Assembly: GCF_006345805.1 (NCBI RefSeq)
Contig: NC_043013.1
Coordinates: forward strand, 27,962,001 to 28,026,000
Reading direction: 5' to 3'
DNA from: Octopus sinensis
Lineage: Eukaryota
Length of the DNA stretch: 64,000 nucleotides
The notes below the pieces were generated by a model that saw only the letters and a list, made by a program, of their open reading frames with translations, made no database searches and was not told where the DNA came from. Position numbers and translations under genes: made by a program. Shown here one piece after another: positions 41,166 through 53,510 of the stretch. The first letter of the stretch is position 1. Every line of letters starts with the position of its first letter.

Positions 41166-41913
41166 CATCATCATTATTATTATTATCATCATTATTATTA
41201 TCATTATTATTATTATTAGTCTATGAGGGCAGTGGATGGGGGCAGCATCATTAAAATCAAACATGGCTTGTGATATTATTTAGTTATGGTTCTTTACATT
41301 CTCAGTTCAAACCCTGAAGAGGTCAACTTAGCCTTTCATCCCTCTGAGGTCAATAAAATAAAGTACCAGTCAAGTACTGGGAGTCGATATAACTGATTTT
41401 AACACCCTTTTCCCCTCCCCTCAAAAAGCTAACTTTGTACCCAAATTTTAAACATTATTATTATGGCAGTAGATTGGCAAACTCATTTGGATATTGAAGA
41501 GAATGCTTTGTGATATTTGTTTTGACTCTTCACATTCAGAGTTCAAATCCTGCTGAGGCTAACTTTGTCTTTCATTCTTTCAAGGTTAATAAAAGTTAAG
41601 TACCAGTGAAGAACTAGGACCAATTTAATTGACTTTAATTGGAATTTCTGGGTTGTACCTATTTTAGAAATGGTTATTGGCTTCAAATTTTGGGACAAGG
41701 GCAACAATTTCGTGGCACATGCAGGGGTGGGTGAAGTTGACTTCATTGATCCCAATGCTCAAACGGCATTGATTTTATCAACCTTGAAAGAATGAAAGCC
41801 ACATTGGACTTCAGTGGAATTTGAACTCAGAATGTAAAGATGGACAAAATGCCACTAAGCATTTTGACCGGAATGCCAATGATTCTGCTAGTTTCACTGC
41901 CTTAATTTTAGAA

Positions 41914-41948
<35 letters not shown>

Positions 41949-42507
41949 CATTATTATTATTATCATTATTATTATTATTATTATTCATAATAGTAGTACA
42001 GTTACAACATATACATACACTTGGAGAAAGAAAACTCTGGCTCAAAACCTTCACTACTTTGAGGTTACACCAAGCCATGGGAGAGGAGTTAGCCCAGAAA
42101 AGAAATCCAAAGCCAGAGTTCTTAAGGTAGTCAGAGAAGAAGACTTTACTAATCTATTGGCTGGCAACTTCTGCAGCCAGAGAGATCATCATTCATAGCA
42201 ATCTCCATGCTAGTGGACCCTGACCTCCAAGGCTGAGGACTGTCTCTATGCCAAAGCTTTCCCATTATGGCTGCTTTTTTTTTCCCTTTTTTCTTTTTGT
42301 TTTTCTTGGATGAGAAACTACCAAAGAAAGACAATAAAAAAAGACAGTTGCAACAAAGACTGGGTTGCTGGATCCCTTTGTATCAGATTTCTGGCATAAG
42401 GTCTATAAATTCTCTTTCTAGCGTTTCTATGATGGCTCTGCCAGCCTCACACACTAAAAAAGAAAAACAACAACAAAACATAAAGCCACCACACTTGGTA
42501 GATGTCC

Positions 42508-42640
42508 ACAACTTCAAGTGACCAGTGTTTATAGGCAGCACTACAATTGACAGATACTAACAACCTCAAGTGACCAGTGTTTAAAGAAGACATTGTAATT
42601 GACAGATGCCAACAGCCTCAACTGACCATTGCTTACAGAC
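42508..42640 (+). repeat. Degenerate 52-bp minisatellite, ~2.6 copies
   Basis: caagtgaccagtgttta at 42515 and 42567, caactgaccattgctta at 42619, each preceded or followed by aattgacagat. Confidence 0.85.
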
Positions 42641-43396
42641 TGAAGAAGTTCATTGGGTTGATTTCCTTTTATTATATTCTTCAATTTCAAAGCAATTCAT
42701 TTCTGTTGTGTCAACTTTGGTCAAAGAATCAGTGTCAGAAACTGCACTAAATTCAGGCCCTTATGTCCTCAACTTCAATGCTTAAACAATGAACTTAAGA
42801 ACTCATTAATGTATTTCTATCAATTCTTGGTACAATCACTTATTTGCTTCATCTACACAATTGTAGAACAACGCTGGGCTATACAGACTTCTATAGTCTA
42901 TACATACTACAAACAATAAGTATAGAAATTATGATTTTGGACATTTGAATAGCTTCTTTGAAGGTATCATTCTATAATTCAATACGTTATGTGTTCAAAT
43001 CTAACTAAAGGCACTGCTCCCAAGTCTGCTGGAGCAGGAAAAAAAACCCACTTTATTCTACATTGCTTCAAGTGGAGAAGATGGTTTTAGTTTTTTTCTC
43101 AAAAATTTATGCATGACAAAAAATGAGATCTTATTACATAATTTGTCTTTGCTAACATGACAGTAACTCTAGCTAAGTTCTAACTTTATTACACCTCACC
43201 GTTTGTGATTATCTTTAATTACATGGAGGTTTGGAAATTTGGGAAGGAAGAGAGAAAAAAATTAAATGAAAATTTAATTAAATTCTTTTACTAATTGCAT
43301 TTAGTGATATTCGATTTATGTAAATTAATTCACAAGCAGCAAGGTGTACATGTGCGCACGTGTAAATAGACACACACACATGTGTGTGCATGTGAA

Positions 43397-43428
<32 letters not shown>

Positions 43429-44036
43429 GGAGAGAGAGAGAAGGGGGGAGAGAGAGAGAGAGAAACAAGAAGAGAGGAAGCTCTTGGCAAGTTAAGTCAA
43501 TGATCTTGGTACAGATTCTTAGTTGAACTATTTCTTGTTATATGTTAAACAAGTAGATTTAAGTGCAATCAATACTACAAGAGAGTCCTTATTTACATAG
43601 CTGCTTCACCTGCTAATAATCACAAGAAATTGCTCTCAGAACACAGCATACTATGTTAAGTAAAAAGCAGAACACAATGGTCAATGTGGTCATATTGGAA
43701 TACTATTGCTCATAAGTTTACTCAATCAGGATCATCTGAGATCTAAGTAACAACAGTAATTTATAGCCTGGAGAAAGAGCTGACTTGGTCCACAATATAT
43801 CAGTTGACGGACAATATCTTGTAACTTTTTGATACGTCAACAGATGACTTATGAATGCTTTGTCTTCATATGATACATCCTCAGGTTAAGTCAGCCTGAA
43901 GATGGGAGGGAGTGCATCTGTCTCCACAACAAACTATTGACTATGACCAGAAATCACACTTATAAGGTGTTGGTTAGTTCACAACATTCTGTAAGGAGCA
44001 CAGGGTCATTTTTCTGGTTTCTCTGGCATATATAAA

Positions 44037-44070
<34 letters not shown>

Positions 44071-44681
44071 CATGCGTGTCTGAGTTTGTTCGCCCACCAT
44101 TGCCTGACAACCGATGTTGGTGTGTTTACATCTCTGTAATGTAGCGATTCGGAAAAAAAAAAGCCAATAGAATAAGTCCTAGGCTTACAAAGAATAAGTG
44201 GTTGATTTGTTTAACTAAAGGTGGTGCTCCAGCATGACCGCAGTCTATTGACTGAAACAAATAAATGAAAAGAAAAGAAAAGAATATATATATATGAAAG
44301 AGAGATGACAAAGGAATAAATGATTATTCTATGTACTTCATTAGCTTGCAGGTGTTTCTGCAATGAGATGTAGTGGATTCATAGCTGAGTGCCTGAATAG
44401 CTTCATCAGAACCTCAAATATGAAGTGCAATTTATTTGGGAAAGAATTACATATATATAGTTCAAATTTACTGAAAACTAAGAAGACAGGGGTAGGAACA
44501 ACAAACAGGTGTATTAATTTAACACTTGGGAAGATGGTAAGTCTTTCATGTTTCAAGCCTATGCTCTTCAACAGAAAGGATTAAGAGGAAAAAAACAGAG
44601 AGGGAGAATGGAAAAAACGGAGAGAGAAAAAAATGTGTAGAGATTGAAGGTTCAACATGATGAAATATATGTACATGTATG

Positions 44682-44720
<39 letters not shown>

Positions 44721-44767
44721 ATATATATATATATATATAATATATTATAATATATATATATATATAT

Positions 44768-46182
44768 CCCGTTCGATGTCCGCAGCAAGTTCTTAAAAAT
44801 TTATCTTACTATTTTATTCGTTGTTACTACGTTTCTTCATACATTGTTACGAAAATTTAACCTTTTAGGCTACTTTCAAGCCTTCGCCATAACTTGATTT
44901 ATCTTTCTATCTCTCTCTACAAAATTTAACCTTAGGCCAGGCTACCTCAAGCCGTAATCCTATCTCTTCCCATCTCTCAGCCATTTCAGCCATTGGCGGT
45001 CTTTTTTCCTCCTCTCACCATTACGATTCTATAATTTAAATTCCCAATTCAATTTCAACTCCCGTTCGATGTCCGCAGCAAGTTCTTAAAAATTTATCTT
45101 ACTATTTTATTCGTTGTTACTACGTTTCTTCATACATTGTTACGAAAATTTAACCTTTTAGGCTACTTTCAAGCCTTCGCCATAACTTGATTTATCTTTC
45201 TATCTCTCTCTCTACAAAATTTAACCTTAGGCCAGGCTACCTCAAGCCGTAATCCTATCTCTTCCCATCTCTTCCCATCTCTCAGCCATTTCAGCCATTG
45301 GCGGTCTTTTTTCCTCCTCTCACCATTACGATTCTATAATTTAATTCCCATTCAATTTCAACTCCCGTTCGATGTCCGCAGCAAGTTCTTAAAAATTTAT
45401 CTTACTATTTTATTCGTTGTTACTACGTTTCTTCATACATTGTTACGAAAATTTAACCTTTTAGGCTACTTTCAAGCCTTCGCCATAACTTGATTTATCT
45501 TTCTATCTCTCTCTCTACAAAATTTAACCTTAGGCCAGGCTACCTCAAGCCGTAATCCTATCTCTTCCCATCTCTCAGCCATTTCAGCCATTGGCGGTCT
45601 TTTTTCCTCCTCTCACCATTACGATTCTATAATTTAAATTCCCAATTCAATTTCAACTCCCGTTCGATGTCCGCAGCAAGTTCTTAAAAATTTATCTTAC
45701 TATTTTATTCGTTGTTACTACGTTTCTTCATACATTGTTACGAAAATTTAAACTTTTAGGCTACTTTCAAGCCTTCGCCATAACTTGATTTATCTTTCTA
45801 TCTCTCTCTCTACAAAATTTAACCTTAGGCCAGGCTACCTCAGCCGTAATCCTATCTCTTCCCATCTCTCAGCCATTTCAGCCATTGGCGGTCTTTTTTC
45901 CTCCTCTCACCATTACGATTCTATAATTTAAATTCCCAATTCAATTTCAACTCCCGTTCGATGTCCGCAGCAAGTTCTTAAAAATTTATCTTACTATTTT
46001 ATTCGTTGTTACTACGTTTCTTCATACATTGTTACGAAAATTTAACCTTTTAGGCTACTTTCAAGCCTTCGCCATAACTTGATTTATCTTTCTATCTCTC
46101 TCTACAAAATTTAACCTTAGGCCAGGCTACCTCAAGCCGTAATCCTATCTCTTCCCATCTCTCAGCCATTTCAGCCATTGGC
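44768..46182 (+). repeat. Tandem array of a ~295-bp unit, about 4.8 copies
   Basis: Units begin cccgttcgatgtccgcagcaag at 44768, 45061, 45364, 45659 and 45953. Copies are near-identical, differing mainly by small indels in homopolymer and dinucleotide runs. Confidence 0.97.
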
Positions 46183-46760
46183 GTTGCGCCCGCCCCCCCC
46201 ACCCCCACACCAATACCCGATGAACCACTGTTCTCACCCCCACCACCAATACCGGTGAACACTGTTCCTCACCCCCACCACCATACCAGTATACCCTGTC
46301 CTCACCATCTACACCGGATACGCCTTACTCATCTACACCGGGTACGCCCTACTCCCTCCCCCTCCCCCCCCCCCCCCTTCTCCTCATATGCTTTCACTGT
46401 GAAAAGACAAGCTGCTAGCGCCATAGCTCATCAACTGCCCACCGATCTTATGCTTCCTCCTGACACTGCCTCATTCCGACTATCCCCTTTAGCACCCTCC
46501 CGCCTCGTAATATCCTATGTTTTTATTTCTTAGGAACCTACACCAACCCTTCCTGCCATCGTTCCTCCTTACCCCAACCTTCCCCACTGGTTGCCCTCCT
46601 ATATTACCCGCCTCAACTGGACCTCCCCCTCCCCAACTCAACTCTAGAATATCTGTATTTCTTTCCTCTACCTAATTACGTTACTCAGTGATGATAAATG
46701 CTGTGACTACAAAGACCCGGGCTGCTTTCTGCAGCAATTCCACATACCCCCTACTCATTC
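46183..46760 (+). mobile_element. Putative non-LTR retrotransposon ORF1 N-terminal relic
   Basis: C-rich frame SPSTPDTPYSSTPGTPYS..SSYAFTVKRQAASAIAHQLPTDL.. with a SYAxxVK-like motif typical of LINE ORF1 proteins, interrupted by stops and frameshifts. It follows the tandem array directly. Confidence 0.4.
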
Positions 46761-47075
46761 TAAGTACCCCGGATCCCCAAAGTACCCTGGATCCCCAAAG
46801 TACCCCGGACCCTCGTGCCATGTTGCCGCTGACACGTAAAATGCTCGAACCGATCGTGACGATGCCGGACCCTCGGCCCCTGTGCAGGTGGCACGTAAAA
46901 AGCACCCAATCCACTCACGGAGTGGTTGGCGTTAGGAAGGGCATCCAGCCGTAGAAACTCTGCCAGATTCAGACTGGAGCCTGGTGCGGCCCCTGGCTTC
47001 CCAGACCCGGTCAAACCGTCCAACCCGTGCTAGCGCGGAAAGCGGACGTTAAACGATGATGATGATGATGATGAT
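46760..47075 (+). mobile_element. Family D element, preceded by a ~18-bp repeat x3
   Basis: ggcacgtaaaaagcaccc..ggcgttaggaagggcatccagcc..gacgttaaacgatgatgat; aagtaccc(c/t)ggatcccca repeats at ~46764-46810. Confidence 0.85.
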
Positions 47076-47315
47076 ATCATATATATACATACACACTAAA
47101 AAAATAAAATACAGGATGATCAGAACTTAACTGTCTTCATTTATACACCTACTGAATCAAGGCTGACCAAGAGCTAAACACAACCACTACCACCACCAAC
47201 AACGACAACAACAATTTCAACAATCTGGCAAAAATTACCAATGAAATATTAGTAACAGTTGAATTTTGGATAGTTGCTATAGGGAACATGAGAGAAAGAG
47301 AGAGAGGGGGGGGAA

Positions 47316-47367
<52 letters not shown>

Positions 47368-48078
47368 CATCAGTTTGATATTAAGATAAGAAGGAAAATT
47401 CACATGAACAGTTAAGTGTAGGAACAACACTTGTTTAGCATTTAATGGTATAAGCCTTGAAATGACTGGTTATATTGGGATTTTATGGTGAATAAACTAC
47501 AAAATTAAGAACAGCTGTTAAAAGAACAAGGTGAGTAAGCTGTGAGAGTGCCAAATATAGCAGAACAATCAATCAATTCTAAGCAGAGCAGAGTTACAAC
47601 CAGTGATGTGAAGCAATGACCTGCTAAAGTCTTGCTAGGTAATATGTTGTTATGTACAACTTTGGTGGGAGTGCATGCATATGTGTAGGTGTGTTTGTGA
47701 ATGCATAATATGCGTATATGCACGTGTGCACGAGCATCTCTCCATTTCTCCCACTATCTTTAAATATTATATAGTATGTGGATATATATGTATATATATG
47801 CATGTATATATATATATATATATATAATATATATATATATATATAATATATCTATGTGGTGTATATATATGAATATAAATATGTGTTAATATATATATGT
47901 GTGTATATATATATATATGTGTGTATATAAATATATATGCATGTATATATATGCATGTATAAATATATGTATGTATATATATATATATGTATGTATATAT
48001 ATGTATATATGAATATATGTATATGTGTATATATATTATATATATATATATATATATATGTATATACATATGAATGTG

Positions 48079-48118
<40 letters not shown>

Positions 48119-48200
48119 CATGTATATATGTATATGTGTGTGTATATATGTGTGTGTGTGTGTGTGTGTGTGCATATATATATATATATATGTATATATG

Positions 48201-48247
<47 letters not shown>

Positions 48248-49353
48248 AAAAGACAGATAGATGGATATAGATATTCTCAAAATCCAATAACCGGAGAACA
48301 GTTTGTGGGTTTAGAGAGGGAGAGGGAGAGGAAGTGAGAAAAAGAGAAAACCAGTAAGACATGAGGGAGAAGAGAGACGAAACAGAGAGAAAGAGATTTC
48401 TTCAGAGGAAACTAAAACGCAGAGAGAGAAAGAGAGAGAGAGAATTGGATCAATTTTTATGATTTCATCAGAAATGTTATTTTGATTGATATAAGGATGA
48501 CAATCTAATTAAGAGAGGCGCTGCTGCTGCTATGTAGTTATCTTGGATGTTTCCTCAATATAGAGTTAGAATGGCAAGAAAAGTGGCAAGGTGGGTGGGT
48601 GGGTGGTGGTGGTGGTGGCGAAGAAGAAAGGGGGCAGAGTGTGGGGTGTAGAGGAACCAATTTATTCTCATTGAATAACTACAAGACTTAACAAGATGAT
48701 AAATAGTCTCAACAATGATTTCTTAAAATTAGATTAAAGAATTAGCATTTCTGATTAAAAATAGTGTATGCATATACACACACACACGTGACTATATGCA
48801 ATGTACAGAGGCACACATGTCTGTGTATGTATGTATGTACACACGTACACGCACATGTGTGAGTACATTTCTATATCTGTCTATATCTATCTTTCTAACT
48901 ATCAATAGATAGATATAGATTAAAGAGATACATGTGTCTGTGCTCAGTTTTTCGAATTAAGTGACATCAATTCCAAATCTTTGCAATCGCATCATGACAG
49001 TGGGTTCGATGTCACTCACACTAACATTCACAACTCCACTGACAAAAGACCCGAGGTTTCCAGCATGAGGCAAGAGGGGAAGAGGAGAGCAATGACAATG
49101 AGAGGAGAAGGAGGAGTGGGAGGGTGTTAACGTGAAGAAGAAGTTGGGTTTAAAGTGTAAGAGTGTATTGTATTGTAGGTCTATTTTTTATAGTATGTCC
49201 AGCTTAATGTGTTAGCATATTCCTCCGTTGTGTATGTTTATCATTTGTTGGCAAAACAACTAATTATATTACGGTGTGTGTATATATGTGCTTTCGTGTA
49301 TATGGATGCATAAGTTGGGTAGCATGTTTGTTATAGAAAGTATGTGTGTGTAC

Positions 49354-49419
<66 letters not shown>

Positions 49420-50018
49420 GGTGTCCCCTGTGTCGGTAGGGATGCTTGCTTCCAACCTCATAGTTCTGGGTTCAGTCCCATTGCACAGCACCTGAGCAAA
49501 TGTCTTTTACTATAGCCTCAGGCCGACCAAAGACTTGTGAGAGGACTTGGTAGATGGAAACTGAAGGAAAGCCCATCATACATATGTGTTGTGCGTGTAC
49601 ACTATGTGTGGTGTCATTGTTTTCCCTCCAACCTATCACTGCTTAAAAAACTGGTGTTGTTGTGTGTTTATGTCCCAGTAACTTAGAAGTTTGGCAAGAG
49701 GAACCAATAAAATAAATATCAGACTAAAAAGAAAGGCCTGAGGTTGATTTGTTCAAGTAAAAAGTGGTGGCTCCAGTATGGCCAGAATCACATGACTGAC
49801 ACAAGTAAAGTATTTATTTAATCTATTTATATCATTCCATTGACCAGACTATACTTATTTTATACACTGCTAATTACAGTGTGTTTTCCATTCTTCCCTT
49901 AATTGCACCCTCTCTTCTACTTAAGCCCTTGTTTGTTAACCATTTCATCTTCCCATCATCTTAGAATTCTTCTGAATGGACTCTTCTGATATCTTGGACA
50001 TCACTTGATAACTGCATG

Positions 50019-50118
50019 NNNNNNNNNNNNNNNNNNNNNNNNNNNNNNNNNNNNNNNNNNNNNNNNNNNNNNNNNNNNNNNNNNNNNNNNNNNNNNNNNN
50101 NNNNNNNNNNNNNNNNNN
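50019..50118. other. Assembly gap (100 N) flanked by a ~990-bp duplicated overlap (49030-50018 vs 50119-51111)
   Basis: The sequence after the gap restarts at acaactccactgac (same as 49030) and rejoins the pre-gap end (ataactgcatg) at 51111. The copies differ by scattered 1-bp indels. Confidence 0.95.
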
Positions 50119-50441
50119 ACAACTCCACTGACAAAAGACCCGAGGTTTCCAGCATGAGGCAAGAGGTGGAAGAGGAGAGCAATGACAATGAGAGGAGAAG
50201 GAGGAGGTGTTAACGTGAAGAAGAAGTTGGGTTTAAAGTGTAAGAGTGTATTTGTATTGTAGGTCTATTTTTTTTATAGTATGTCCAGCTTAATGTGTAA
50301 GCATATTCCTCAGTTTGTGTATGTTTATCATTTGTTGGCAACAACTAATATATTACGGTGTGTATATATGTGCTTTCGTGTATATGGATGCATAAGTTGT
50401 GTAGCATGTTTGTTTATAAGAAAGTATGTGTGTGTACGTAC

Positions 50442-50502
<61 letters not shown>

Positions 50503-51053
50503 TATATATAGGTGTCCCTGTGTGGTAGGATGCTTGCTTCCAACCTCATAGTTCTGGGTTCAGTCCCATTGCACAGCACCTTGAGCAAATGTCTTTTACT
50601 ATAGCCTCAGGCCGACCAAAGCCTTGTGAGAGGACTTGGTAGATGGAAACTGAAGGAAGCCCATCATACATATGTGTTTGTGCGTGTACACCTATGTGTG
50701 GTGTCATTGTTTCTCCCTCCAACCTATCACTGCTTAAAAACTGGTGTTGGTGTGTTTATGTCCCCGTAACTTAGAAGTTTGGCAAGAGGAACCAATAAAA
50801 TAAATATCAGACTTAAAAAGAAAGGCCTGAGGTTGATTTGTTCAAGTAAAAAGTGGTGCTCCAGTATGGCCAGAATCACATGACTGACACAAGTAAAAGT
50901 ATTTATTTATATATATATATATATCATTCCATTGACCAGACTATTACTTATTTTATACACTGCTAATTACAGTGTATTTCCATTCTTCCCTTAATTGCAC
51001 CCTCCTCTTCTACTTAAGCCCTTGTTTGTTAACCATTTCATCTTCCCATCATC

Positions 51054-51195
51054 TTAGAATTCTTCTGAATGGACTCTTCTGATATCTTGGACATCACTTG
51101 ATAACTGCATGGGTTCATCTGCTGGTGATGAGCTTTGTGATATATCTGGCCCAGTGGAACTCATGTTTTCAGCATTCTCAATTTGAATATCTGAT
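51054..51195 (-). CDS. Candidate terminal exon of an unidentified gene (SDIQIENAENMSSTGPDISQSSSPADEPMQLSSDVQDIRRVHSEEF*)
   Basis: Acceptor cttcAG|ATCAG downstream of a CT-rich tract, non-repetitive protein-like composition, TAA at 51054-51056. No homology recognised. Confidence 0.2.
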
Positions 51196-51234
51196 CTGAA
51201 GTTTTTTCCATAAATAAGGGGAGGGGGGAGGGGG

Positions 51235-51266
<32 letters not shown>

Positions 51267-51603
51267 AAAGTATTAAGGAATATATTGGGCTTGTTCTAAG
51301 GAAGATGAGATTAAAATTATCTAGTGTGGCCAGTGTTGGCTTTTCTGAAGATTAGAAACAGGCGTGGCATTATAGGTACATACTACTTTCAGCAGGTGTG
51401 CATACACATGTGCATAAGGGAATGTATGCCTGAAAAAGTGAGAGACAAAAAGAGAAAGGGACACAAAGATAAAGAGAGGGGAAAAGATAGAGATAGAGAG
51501 GGAATTGTGTTAAAACATAAAAACATATAATGTACAAGAATGAGAGGTACTGTTTGGGAAGGGCAAAGCTAAAAACACCAGAGAGATAGTGATTATATGT
51601 ATA

Positions 51604-51652
<49 letters not shown>

Positions 51653-52095
51653 AAAACACACACACACACACCATTATCATCATCACAATTTTTTTTTAAT
51701 ATCTCATTTTTCATGCTGGTTTGACTGGTTGAGTCTGCAGTGCGGCAAATCATACAATAAATCACCTTTCTTCTTGACCCCGAATCAACTTATCTGTAAG
51801 CTACAACACCTCATCTGATCCCACCACTTCTTCCCATGCTGCCCTTTGCCACGCCTACATTCCACAGTGAGAAAAATGGCACTTTTATCTCTCTCTCTCC
51901 CTCTCTCTCTATGTGTGTGTGTGTGTGTGTAATTAAATAATAAGGGTAGAAATTGATATTAATCAATTAAAATCAGTGGCTTAACATATTTAGAAAATCC
52001 GAAGATTAAAAATTGTGTTACATACAAAATTTAGAGGAATGACCACTAAAGTGGACACCCTATATGCTAAACGTAGACATCAAATCATCAATACC

Positions 52096-52134
<39 letters not shown>

Positions 52135-52204
52135 GATAGGAATTGCTGGTCAAAGACCATATTATGAATGTTCAGTTTTTGTTGAATGACCTGCACCAAT
52201 GATT

Positions 52205-52547
52205 TGTTTATGGTGATCAAATGTATGTGCCACCCAATGAGCCCACTCACTCCATCAAATCAATGTTGCCCAAACAGGTGTATGGTGTGCCACATAGTGA
52301 TCAAATGTATGTGCTACCCAATGAGCCCACTCACTCCATCAAATCAATGTTGCCCAAACAGGTGTATGGTGTGCCACATAGTGATCAAATGTATGTGCCA
52401 CCCAATGAGCCCACTCACTCCATCAAATCAATGTTGCCCAAACAGGTGTATGGTGTGCCAACTAGTGATCAAATGTATGTGCCACCCAATGAGCCCACTC
52501 ACTCCATCAAATCAATGTTGCCCAAACAGGTGTATGGTGTGCCACAT
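52205..52547 (+). repeat. 84-bp VNTR, 4 copies
   Basis: gtgatcaaatgtatgtg recurs at 52213, 52297, 52381 and 52465 (exact 84-bp period), with only a few substitutions between copies. Confidence 0.97.
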
Positions 52548-53254
52548 GTCAGGTGTTGAAATGATTGCAAAACAACACAAGATAAGAATACAATGCACCA
52601 TCCGGTCGAAGAATTAGAACCACAATCTTGCAATCATGAGAGCAACACCTTAACCACTAAGCCACACTTTAACACACACATAGATAATTTATGATACTAA
52701 TATTGTAAGCTGGTTGAATCATTACTGTGCTGAGCAAAAATGCTTAACAGCATTTTTTTCTTTTCTAGCTCTTTACATTTTAAGTTCAAATGTTGCTGAG
52801 GTTGACTTTGCCTGTCATCCTTTCAGGGGTTGATAAAATAGATACCAGTCAAGTACTAGGATCAATGTAATCATCATGCGCCCTCACTTCAAAATTGCCT
52901 TCTGCCAAAACTAGAAAGAATTATTAGCACTGATCAATGGAATTGGATAGTCAGAATCATTAGAGCCTGGAGAAATGTCATGCAGCACTTATTCTTTGAT
53001 TCTTACAGTCTGAGGTCAACTTTGCCTTTCGTCCTTCTAAGGTTAAAAAAAATAAAGCACCAACCATCTACTGTGATTAATATAACTGACCATTTTCCCA
53101 TCTAATAAATTTCTGGTATTATACCTAATTCAGAAACTATTACTAGTGTTATTTGCATTTAGTGAAGACTTTGGATTCACTAATACTAAACCCTATTAAA
53201 TAATGTTTCATCAATCCCTGCCACCCAGCAACCTCATCAACAGCTAGATCAAGA

Positions 53255-53510
53255 GAAGAAAAAGGGGTTGGCTGGGACATACACTATAGAAAACTGTTTC
53301 CAATATTACAAGACAAGCCCTCTGATGGACACCCTAAAGGAGATGCTACTATGGCAAGCCAAAAACATGGAGAAGGTATACAGAACTTGAATCACTGGAA
53401 GATGGCTACACATAAGGACAACTTCAGTCCATTGCCAAAGATCAAGATAGATGGAAATTTTTCGTTGACATCCTATATTCCATATGGAGTCAAAAGAATG
53501 AAGATGCTTT
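53255..53510 (+). mobile_element. RTE-clade LINE 3' end relic
   Basis: Translation GWLGHTL*KTVSNITRQAL*WTP*RRCYYGKPKTWRRYTELES..GYT*GQLQSIAKDQDRWKFFV matches RTE WIGHTLRK..ITRQALxWNPQGKRxRGRPKxTWRR..QDRxxW, with stop codons. Confidence 0.8.

Noticed and set aside
42508-42640. Regularly spaced repeats resembling a CRISPR array (also 52205-52547 and 16237-16462)
   Set aside because: The putative spacers are homologous to each other, the context is eukaryotic, and there are no cas genes.
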